DNA from: Promethearchaeota archaeon
GTDB taxonomy: Archaea; Asgardarchaeota; Thorarchaeia; Thorarchaeales; Thorarchaeaceae
DNA length: 7,237 nt
Assembly (NCBI GenBank): GCA_027031765.1
Contig: JALVPN010000013.1
Location: forward strand, 348-7,584
Reading direction: 5' to 3'
In this document: piece by piece, positions 1 to 6,528 of the stretch
Layout: every line of letters starts with the position of its first letter
How positions within the stretch are numbered: the first letter of the stretch is position 1
Program-made: the position numbers and the translations under genes
Notes under the pieces: model-generated
What the model saw: the letters and a program-made list of their open reading frames with translations, nothing else
Told to the model about the DNA's origin: nothing
The model's database searches: none

Positions 1-1
1 C

Positions 2-397
2 AACTCGTACACTGCCAACAAGGACGGAGTGCCTAACACAGGCAACGCGAGCCGTCCGGGCTACTCCGGTCTGCCCTCCATCTCGCCGTCCAACTTCGTC
101 GTCCGGCCCGGTCGTGGTACACTGGACGACCTGGTCTCAGAGATCCGGCGCGGGATCCTGTGTCGGGACACTGGCGACCGGCCGAACATGACGACCGGTG
201 ACCTCAGTGCTATGGTCATGGACGGTTACTACATTGAGGACGGAGAGGTCAAGCACGCTGTACGGAGCACCCTCATCGGTATCAACATGAGGGACCTCCT
301 CAAGCGTGTGCACAGGGTGGGTGCTGACACCAGGGCGACATTCTCCATTGTGAGCCCCTCAATCGTCGTAGAGTCTGCAAAGGTCACGTCCGGATAG
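2..397 (+). CDS. pmbA: PmbA/TldE-family metalloprotease subunit, C-terminal part (5'-truncated by window edge)
   Basis: The frame is open from base 2 (NSYTANKDGVPNTGNASRPGYSGLPSISPSNF...). It contains the family's C-terminal motifs TGNA-x-R, P-x-I-x-P-SN, TTGDLS (cf. TGDFS), GYYIEDGEVKHAV and SPSIVV, and ends at TAG 395-397. The GTG at 29 is internal. PmbA rather than TldD is judged from motif memory. Confidence 0.82.
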   Translation, partial: NSYTANKDGVPNTGNASRPGYSGLPSISPSNFVVRPGRGTLDDLVSEIRRGILCRDTGDRPNMTTGDLSAMVMDGYYIEDGEVKHAVRSTLIGINMRDLLKRVHRVGADTRATFSIVSPSIVVESAKVTSG

Positions 398-406
398 CAG
401 TGACCC

Positions 407-2320
407 TTACATCCGCTCTATCGCTGGGACCCCGATTAGCCCCAACACGTTACGCATGGTCGTGTTGAACGCCCTTACGAGCTCCACGCGTGCGCTCCTG
501 AGTGGTTCTTCGGCCCGGAGCACGGGACAGACGTCGTAGAACTTGTTGTACAGGGTGGCGAGGTCATAGGCATAGCCCGCAAGACGGTTGCAGCTGAAAC
601 TTGTCCCCCACTGTCCCTTCTTCAGTCCGGCCACCACGTCTATGACTGTCTGTGGGAACCGCGCGAGTGCCTTCAGCAGGTTGAACTCGGGGTCGTCTGT
701 CAGCACACTCAGGTCTGCCTGGCCTGTCTGACCCCCTGCACGTTCAAGGATGCGCTGAGACCGCGCGTATGAGTACTGCAGGTAAGGCGCTGAGTCACCA
801 TTGAAGTCGAGGGCCTCGCTCCACCTGAAGGTTATCTTCCTGTCCGGAGAGGCCTTCAGGAGCATGTATCTGACAGCGCCCACACCTACGCTCTCCGCGA
901 CACTGTCCTTGAACTCCTCGCTCGCATCAGGGTTGCGCTTCTCCACCTCCTGACGTGCCAGTTCCCGGGCACGGTCCAGCACCTCGTCACATGTGTACCC
1001 TATCCAGGTGCCCTTCCTCCCAGAGAAGTCTGCGTCCTCAAGCCCGACGAACTCGTATGCGATGTGGTGGGAACGCTCGCTCTGCTCGTGGTAGCCGAGG
1101 AGGTCGAGTATCGTGTATATGAGCCGCTGCGGGTGCGCCTGTGCTGAGGCTATCACATTGTACACCTCATCAACACGCCCGATCTCCCGCTTGTCACCCT
1201 CCAGCGATGTCCTGTACACCACCTCCCCGTTGGGCTGTTCCTCGAACGGCTCATACCTGAACGGGTCCTCAAGGATGCCGAACTTCCACATCTGGAACGC
1301 CACGTCAGCACCCGTGTATGTCCGTGTCCCGTCCGACCTGAACAGCACCTTGTACGGGTCCTTCAAGTCCTTGAACTCCTCAAGGGTGTCCAGTCTGACA
1401 ACAATGCAGCCCTTCTTCTCACCCTCCTCGAGCTGCTCGATGTTGTCGCAGCTCAGGAGGACCTCCTTCGCACGTTCCAGCAGGCCACTGTGGGCAATCG
1501 AGCTCTCCCATACCTGGTAGTGGTGGTAGATGCCCAGTCTGTATGCAGTCTGACACTGGGCCCGGACACACCGTGTCACCATCTCGCGGCTCAGCCTGGC
1601 CTCATCACTTGTCGGGTCTTCCAGACGCCGCGCCACTTCCCGGATCTCCTCCTGTGCCGCCGCGTCGGTCTCAAATGCCTCCTGTACCCCAACGTACAGA
1701 CGGCCCAAGTAGTGGTCATACTTCACTCCCTGTGCAGGCCCATCGTCTCCCTTCTTCAGTCTCCACGTGAGCTGTGCTATCTGAAGGCCAAGGTCGTTGA
1801 TGTAGTCGACGCGCACGACCTCGTAGCCGACCCATTCCAGAGTGTTTGCAAGGGTGTCACCCAGTACCGCGTTCCGGGTGTGCCCGATGTGCCACGGCTT
1901 GGAGGGGTTCACAGCCGGGTACTCGATCAGTGCCCGTCGTTCAGCGTGGCGTGTGGTGCGTCCGTAGGCATCACCGAGCGCAGCGACCGTGCCAATCACT
2001 GTGGGTGCAAAGCTGCTGCGGTCAATGAAGAAGTTGATGTAGGGGCCTTTTCTCTCGACCCGCTCTAGGAGGGCCTCGCTGCTGACCTGCTCTTCGAGGG
2101 GGGGGAGAAAGTCCTCCGCAATCCTCACTGGCGACTCCCTGAGTTCTCTCGCCAGACTGAAAGCTACGGTGGTGGACAGGTCGCCCAGTATGGGGTCTGG
2201 CGGCACCTCTATGCTCTGTTTGGCCCTGTCCACATCGACCCCTGTCACTGAGGCCACAGTGCTGCTGACCCGTCCTAGGAGATGGCCCCATGGGTTGTCT
2301 ATGTTGTCCTCGTGTGTCAC
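407..2320 (-). CDS. argS: Arginyl-tRNA synthetase (class I, archaeal type), 637 aa
   Basis: The N-terminal domain has GDLST and GPYINFF. NPSKPWHIGHTRNAVLGD carries the HIGH motif (1880..1891), followed by YINDLGLQ, RSDGTRTY and the KMSKS-equivalent FSGRKG. The DALR anticodon domain has SAPYLQYSYAR and FNKFY-like YNKFY...PVL, and the protein ends in IERM. GTG start has an upstream SD. Confidence 0.98.
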   Translation of the reverse strand: MTHEDNIDNPWGHLLGRVSSTVASVTGVDVDRAKQSIEVPPDPILGDLSTTVAFSLARELRESPVRIAEDFLPPLEEQVSSEALLERVERKGPYINFFIDRSSFAPTVIGTVAALGDAYGRTTRHAERRALIEYPAVNPSKPWHIGHTRNAVLGDTLANTLEWVGYEVVRVDYINDLGLQIAQLTWRLKKGDDGPAQGVKYDHYLGRLYVGVQEAFETDAAAQEEIREVARRLEDPTSDEARLSREMVTRCVRAQCQTAYRLGIYHHYQVWESSIAHSGLLERAKEVLLSCDNIEQLEEGEKKGCIVVRLDTLEEFKDLKDPYKVLFRSDGTRTYTGADVAFQMWKFGILEDPFRYEPFEEQPNGEVVYRTSLEGDKREIGRVDEVYNVIASAQAHPQRLIYTILDLLGYHEQSERSHHIAYEFVGLEDADFSGRKGTWIGYTCDEVLDRARELARQEVEKRNPDASEEFKDSVAESVGVGAVRYMLLKASPDRKITFRWSEALDFNGDSAPYLQYSYARSQRILERAGGQTGQADLSVLTDDPEFNLLKALARFPQTVIDVVAGLKKGQWGTSFSCNRLAGYAYDLATLYNKFYDVCPVLRAEEPLRSARVELVRAFNTTMRNVLGLIGVPAIERM

Positions 2321-2324
2321 CGTG

Positions 2325-2333
2325 TCACCTCAC
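2325..2333 (-). promoter_or_regulatory. Shine-Dalgarno site of argS (GTGAGGTGA)
   Basis: The minus strand reads GGTGAGGTGA-CACG-GTG(start). This matches the archaeal GGAGGTGA-type SD, 4 nt before the start codon. Confidence 0.75.
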
Positions 2334-2484
2334 CACATGGCACAAGTCATTCTCTGTATGTCCTGTGTCACTCCACCCCCTGTCCCCTCATATGGTCTTT
2401 GCCCTCTGTACGCTGTCCTCACAATGGGGGCATCCCATGGCGGTCCGGATGAGTGGTGGGGACAGCCCTGGCGTGTCGGGGGCA

Positions 2485-2498
2485 CGACGGTCGTCGTC
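2485..2498. repeat. Inverted repeat ACGACG-GT-CGTCGT
   Basis: Perfect 6-bp arms with a 2-nt spacer. It shares the core ACGGTCGT with the inverted repeat at 2629..2646. Confidence 0.55.
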
Positions 2499-2628
2499 AC
2501 AGTTGTCCATTGTGTGTCATGACCAAAGGCCTGGCATCTCATGCCCTGCCAGAGTGGTGTGGAGGCCCTCCGGCCGAGGAGCGCCCCGCTGAGACCGCCC
2601 TCCGACGCCCTCCAGCCCCACGTCTTTG

Positions 2629-2646
2629 GTCAAACGGTCGTTTGAC
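2629..2646. promoter_or_regulatory. Operator-like inverted repeat GTCAAACG-GT-CGTTTGAC
   Basis: Perfect 8-bp arms with a 2-nt spacer, just upstream of the BRE/TATA-like element in the argS/tfb divergent region. The repeat is seen directly; its function is inferred. Confidence 0.55.
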
Positions 2647-2653
2647 AAGCCGT

Positions 2654-2690
2654 GCAAAGGCTTATTTACATTTGCTATATGCGCATATAA
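2654..2690. promoter_or_regulatory. Putative (possibly bidirectional) archaeal core promoter: BRE/TATA-like elements plus 14-bp palindrome
   Basis: This is the only AT-rich patch in a GC-rich intergenic region. The plus strand reads GCAAAGG-CTTATTTA (purine-rich BRE-like then TATA-like). The minus strand reads GCAAATG-TAAATAAG and CTTATATG. The perfect palindrome TATATGCGCATATA lies at 2676..2689. Confidence 0.6.
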
Positions 2691-2815
2691 GAGGCCTTCC
2701 CAGTGTTGGTCTCGATGGCACGCCAATGCATCACCCCTGCGCCAAGGGATGGTGCGCTCATCAGAACCTAGACCGCTCTAACCGCAGCCCTGTCATGCGA
2801 TGGGATTGCAGGGAG

Positions 2816-3812
2816 ATGATTGGACTGGCCAGCAAGCAGACGAAGACCGGAAGGCAAAAAGAGCGCAGTCTTGGTTCGGCCGACTACTTCTGCTCCGCGT
2901 GTAACTCCAGTGATGTGTACATCGACTGGGCACGTGGTGAGGTGATATGTTCAAACTGTGGACTTGTACTCTCCGACCGCTCCATTGACATGGGCCCCGA
3001 GTGGCGTGCATTCACCGCTGACGAGCAGAACGCCCGCCAACGTGTCGGTGGCCCTATGGACTGGAGCAAGTTCGACCAGGGGCTCACCACAATCATTGGA
3101 CGCCAGAACGTCGATGCGGCAGGACGCAAACTCACATCGACCCGGCGAGCACAGATCCACAGGCTGCGGAAGTGGCAAATCCGGACCAAGGTGCACTCAT
3201 CAGACAAACGCAATCTCGCTGTGGCAATGACCGAGCTCCACAGGATAAGCTCGCAGCTCAGCATACCCTATTCCATCCGTGAAACCTCGGCGATGATTTA
3301 CAGGAAAGCACTGAGGAAACGGCTCACCCGTGGCCGTACCATCCTCGGGATGATTGCAGCCTCACTGTATCTCGCCTGTCGGGTGCACCAGGTGCCCCGG
3401 CCCTTGGAGGAGATCACGGATCAGATACACATCACTCGCAAGGAGCTGAGCCTGTGTGTACGGCTCATCCTCCGGTACCTCAACCTGAAAATCCCCCACA
3501 GCAACCCTGTGGAGTTCGTCCACCGCTTCGGCACCGAGCTGAACCTGCCCGGTGAGGCAAAGAGGAAGGCAATCGACATCCTCGAAAAGGCAAGAGAGGC
3601 TCGCCTCACTATCGGGAAGGACCCAAAGGGAATGGCTGCTGCTGCAATCTATGTGGCGAGCATTCTCACAGGCTCGCGTCGCACACAGCTTGAGATTGCA
3701 AGAACCGCGAGGGTCACTGAAGTGACTGTGCGGAACCGCTACAAGGAAAGCCCACTGAACTTCGCGTCAGCGGGTCCGAATGGTGGAGAAACTCGGCATC
3801 TCGACCACGTAG
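2816..3812 (+). CDS. tfb: Transcription initiation factor IIB (TFB); predicted join(2816..3749,3781..3812), ~321 aa. If unspliced, the ORF runs to 3844 with an aberrant 31-aa tail
   Basis: The Zn ribbon is CSAC...GEVICSNCGLV, the B-reader DMGPEWRAF and the B-linker RLRKWQ...RNL. Two cyclin repeats follow (RGRT...AASLYLACR; GKDP.G.AAAAIY), then the HTH TQLEIA...VTEVTVRNRYKE. The canonical end MVEKLGISTT* lies in the +1 frame at 3780..3812. The track's start at 2453 is an upstream extension; ATG 2816 (or 2795) fits normal TFB length. Confidence 0.96.
3750..3780 (+). other. 31-nt frameshifting insertion in tfb; candidate bulge-helix-bulge/loop (EndA-type) mRNA intron
   Basis: Removing it gives ...TAC AAG GAA A|TG GTG GAG AAA CTC GGC ATC TCG ACC ACG TAG. 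The intron stem is CCC-A-CUGA/UCAG-C-GGG. The 5' bulge is AA^G (3748-3750). The central helix is AGGA/UCCG (3 Watson-Crick pairs plus A.G), and the 3' bulge is AA^U (3779-3781). Cuts after the second base of each bulge give exactly the in-frame product. Confidence 0.75.
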
Positions 3813-3848
3813 CGGTCCCACAGGTGCTCCTCGCAGCACAGTAGCATT

Positions 3849-3884
3849 GAGGGCGGGGCGTCCAACCTCGCCCCCTCTCTTTCC
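3849..3884 (+). terminator. Possible terminator downstream of tfb (GC hairpin plus pyrimidine tract)
   Basis: GGGCGGGG (3851..3858) pairs with CCTCGCCC (3866..3873) with one G-U pair. It is followed by the pyrimidine run CCTCTCTTTCC. Confidence 0.4.
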
Positions 3885-4070
3885 ATGCTCCTACATCTCT
3901 GGTTGCGCCCTGCTCAGTCGGGGATGTCGTTTTTGGTCTGCGGCCGGCAGACCGCATCTAGTGGTCTGGAGCCGGCCACCGTACACTGGGGCCTCTAGTG
4001 TGGGCCTGCCGCTCGCCAGAGAGCTGAGGAAACAGGTCAAGTACTGAGGTGCGAACAATATGACCCCTAC

Positions 4071-4184
4071 ATGGAGAGAGACCTGCCTGTTCTTCTTGAT
4101 CCTGGGCCCGCTACTGCCCCAGCCACTGGAGAAGAGCCCTCTGAGACCACACAGTGGTGCACAGCTTTTATCTATTTTCAGTGA
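4071..4184 (+). pseudogene. Probable 3' remnant of a paralog of the downstream surface-protein gene
   Basis: It translates as MERDLPVLLDPGPATAPATGEEPSETTQW..., matching the downstream gene's end GPPPSGGEAPAEDAQ* in the same frame. The TAG stop corresponds to TGG here. Confidence 0.5.
4119..4173 (+). repeat. Degenerate direct repeat, copy 1 (of 6437..6491)
   Basis: An ungapped manual alignment gives 41/55 identical bases, and 22/24 over the last 24 nt (CACAGT[G/A]GTGCACAGC[T/C]TTTATCT). The offset is 2318 nt. Confidence 0.85.
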
Positions 4185-4444
4185 TACGATGTAGTCAAGG
4201 TGTGAGGCGTACTGTCGAGTAGACGGCCAAACCGTGTGGTCTTGGTGACCGAATGGACGACGGGGGAAACCCCTGTAGCACGCCGTCCCCGTCCCATCCC
4301 TTATTGTGCGTGGTTAGTTCGCCCAGGTGGCATCGGGACTTCCCAGCCCGGACTATGCAACACCTCCAGCTGCTCGTGCGGGGCCGGCTTGTGCCAGGCC
4401 GTCGGACAGTGAAGGCCATACCAGTACATGGAGTCCAGAACACC

Positions 4445-6475
4445 ATGGTACGCATGCTGAACAAGAGCTGTATACTGCTGTTTGTAGTGCTACTGTTGGT
4501 ACCAACTGTGAGTGCACCTCACAGGCAACCTGTCAGTGTGACGAGGCATACGGCGTCCGGCATCAGGAGCATTGACCTCGTACCGAACAGGAACATGACC
4601 ACTGCCGCTGAGATCTATACGAGGATGCCCACAGAGTTCAAGTATGCCGAGCGGACGGTCACCCCACCTGACAGGTGGAACTGCCTCAACCTCACTTGGG
4701 AACACACACCGGGTGTGGAGCTCGGTTTCGGTCTTCCTGACAGAAGGGGCATACAGGCCCTCGACTACATCACTGCCACCTACGTGGCAAACTGGACACC
4801 GGACGTGCTCCCCGAAGCCGTGCACCTGCACTTGGTCTATGAGCTGAGGACAACCGGCGACTTCTCCGTTTCATGGGCCAGTTCGCTGTTCGAACTCTAC
4901 GTCTGGGCGGCTGACCCATCTGACGAGTGGGTCACACTCCACGAGTCTATGCAGCGGTACCGGTCCGAGCTCACCGTCGACCGCCCCCTCTTCGACTCTG
5001 AAATAGAAACAGTCTTTGGGGGGATGGTGGGCCAGGACGGGGGTCAGGAGGACGCCAATGACACCATACGGCTGGTCCTCGGTCTTGTGCCGACAACGCA
5101 GTTCGAGGACTATGCGGGCTCTCACCCCTGGGAGACCTTCAACGGTTCCATCACATGGACTATCCGCAGCCTCGTCTTTTCCGCCCTCTACTTTGACCTG
5201 GACCCGGAGTCTGACATCCCACACTTCGATGCCAATGGCAGTGTGCCCATCCAGACCGAACACCCCAGCACTGTCGAGTTGTCGGTTGCGGCCGATGGCT
5301 CTGTATACTCCCTCTACTCGGGGTTTGAGTTCGACATCGAGAATGTGACCACATTCATCACAAAGTGGACGGAGGACTGTACAGTGGTATGGTCTACTGC
5401 CATCACGATGGAGGACGGGTTCATCGGCCGGAAGATTGTTGCATCATCCTCAGCACTATATATTGCTGGGACAGTCCCTACGTCATGGGGTAGTCCGCTT
5501 GTGGTGGCCAAGTACGACGCTTCTGGGAACCGCCTCTGGATGACGACTTGGGCCACTGTGGGTGGCCTACACCCTGTGGCAATGGACATCATTGAAGACG
5601 AGTCACCCATTGTCCTGTGCAGGCAGGTAATCCCGGACGGTTCTCCAGAGCCCTACAGGGCAGTCCTCGTCCGGTTTGACAGTAGTGGGACAAAGATGTG
5701 GAACCAGACTATCCGTGACTTACTTGACAGGTGGCATGTGCCAACCGACATGGCCTGTGATGGCAAAGGGCACATCTATGTTGCCACCATGTCTGCTAGC
5801 CTTACTTGCTGGTCATACAACGGGACGCAGCTCTGGGCTGCGCGTGGATACCCTATGATTGGAGCGAACGCTGATGGTGTCTTCTCCATAGGTGCGAGCA
5901 ACACGAACTCCCCTATGTCTGTGCAGTTTGTCAACAGTACCGGTTCTGTCGAGTGGCAGAGGGAGTACTACTTCAACTACTCCGTGGTCTGGTGGGGCGA
6001 CGGGGTCACACCGTTTGAACTGATACCAGCACCCGGTGGCGGGATATACGTGCTGGCCCTACGCCAGCCCTACGACAGCACCTGGCGTGTCATGCGTCTT
6101 GAACGCAACGGGTCAATCTCTTGGTCGCAGGTGGTCGCACGCACTGACGGGCGCGAGTCCAACTACTTCACGTCCGTGGACATCGCGGCCGGCTCGGAAG
6201 GACACATATACGTTGCCAGGCGCGGCATCTCTCCTCCTGTCCTTGAGGTGGGTGTCTTCACCGACCCGCTCTATACGTCGGGGTCGGGCCTGCCAGCGTT
6301 CACGTTGTCCCCCGAGATGCTGGTATACGTCGGGGTCGCAGTGGTTGCTGTGGCCATCCCACTCGACTACCTGCGGAGGAGGCGGCTGGCAGCCAATGTC
6401 CCGGGGCCGCCTGAGACCGGCGACAGTGGCCCGCCACCAAGCGGTGGAGAGGCCCCTGCTGAGGACGCACAGTAG
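4445..6475 (+). CDS. Secreted, C-terminally membrane-anchored surface glycoprotein with a beta-propeller domain (~675 aa)
   Basis: The signal peptide (MVR)MLNKSCILLFVVLLLVPTVSA places the start at 4445 or 4454, not 4253. Repeated propeller blades follow: VAKYDASGNRLW, LVRFDSSGTKMW, LTCWSYNGTQLW, VQFVNSTGSVEW and VMRLERNGSISW. There are 12 N-x-S/T sequons in the mature part. The TM helix MLVYVGVAVVAVAIPL is followed by RRRR and a Pro/Gly/acidic tail. Confidence 0.85.
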   Translation: MVRMLNKSCILLFVVLLLVPTVSAPHRQPVSVTRHTASGIRSIDLVPNRNMTTAAEIYTRMPTEFKYAERTVTPPDRWNCLNLTWEHTPGVELGFGLPDRRGIQALDYITATYVANWTPDVLPEAVHLHLVYELRTTGDFSVSWASSLFELYVWAADPSDEWVTLHESMQRYRSELTVDRPLFDSEIETVFGGMVGQDGGQEDANDTIRLVLGLVPTTQFEDYAGSHPWETFNGSITWTIRSLVFSALYFDLDPESDIPHFDANGSVPIQTEHPSTVELSVAADGSVYSLYSGFEFDIENVTTFITKWTEDCTVVWSTAITMEDGFIGRKIVASSSALYIAGTVPTSWGSPLVVAKYDASGNRLWMTTWATVGGLHPVAMDIIEDESPIVLCRQVIPDGSPEPYRAVLVRFDSSGTKMWNQTIRDLLDRWHVPTDMACDGKGHIYVATMSASLTCWSYNGTQLWAARGYPMIGANADGVFSIGASNTNSPMSVQFVNSTGSVEWQREYYFNYSVVWWGDGVTPFELIPAPGGGIYVLALRQPYDSTWRVMRLERNGSISWSQVVARTDGRESNYFTSVDIAAGSEGHIYVARRGISPPVLEVGVFTDPLYTSGSGLPAFTLSPEMLVYVGVAVVAVAIPLDYLRRRRLAANVPGPPETGDSGPPPSGGEAPAEDAQ

Positions 6476-6491
6476 TGCACAGCCTTTATCT
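6437..6491 (+). repeat. Degenerate direct repeat, copy 2 (covers the last 12 codons, stop and downstream TATA-like box)
   Basis: Aligns without gaps to 4119..4173 (41/55 identical). Confidence 0.85.
6484..6491 (+). promoter_or_regulatory. TATA-like box CTTTATCT for the longin-like gene
   Basis: AT-rich box 37 nt before TTG 6529, a distance that fits an archaeal promoter with a short 5' UTR. Confidence 0.4.
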
Positions 6492-6528
6492 CCTCCCAGT
6501 TGCATCATGAGGACGGGTGCTAACCATA

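Noticed and set aside
592-630. Apparent ~10-aa insert (GLKKGQWGTSFS) in the ArgRS DALR domain as a second intron
   Set aside because: It is in frame, has only a 5-bp stem (CTGAA/TTCAG) and shows no BHB geometry. It is more likely a protein loop.
1113-2592. Multiple alternative-frame and antisense ORFs over argS and the intergenic region
   Set aside because: They are shadows of a GC-rich coding strand with no recognisable motifs. The same applies to those overlapping tfb, the surface protein and the longin-like gene.
2453-2815. 121-aa N-terminal extension of TFB in the ORF track
   Set aside because: It has no TFB similarity, looks like translated intergenic DNA and overlaps the promoter-like elements.
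3746-3780. Ribosomal hop or target-site duplication using the GAA...GAA direct repeat (3746-48 and 3778-80)
   Set aside because: Removing or bypassing 32 nt resumes at TGG TGG AGA (WWRN...), which is not the conserved MVEKL frame. Only a 31-nt removal restores it. The insert is also too short for an IS and has no transposase nearby.
4024-4037. CTGAGGAAAC as a hammerhead core (CUGANGA...GAAA) or an RNase P GAGGAAAGUCC motif
   Set aside because: There is no stem II between the motifs, and the other conserved RNase P elements are absent.
4262-4273. GGGG-GAAA-CCCC GNRA hairpin
   Set aside because: It is an isolated 4-bp stem with no larger supporting structure.
4253-4444. 64-aa N-terminal extension of the surface protein
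   Set aside because: It precedes a clear signal peptide and has non-coding-like composition.
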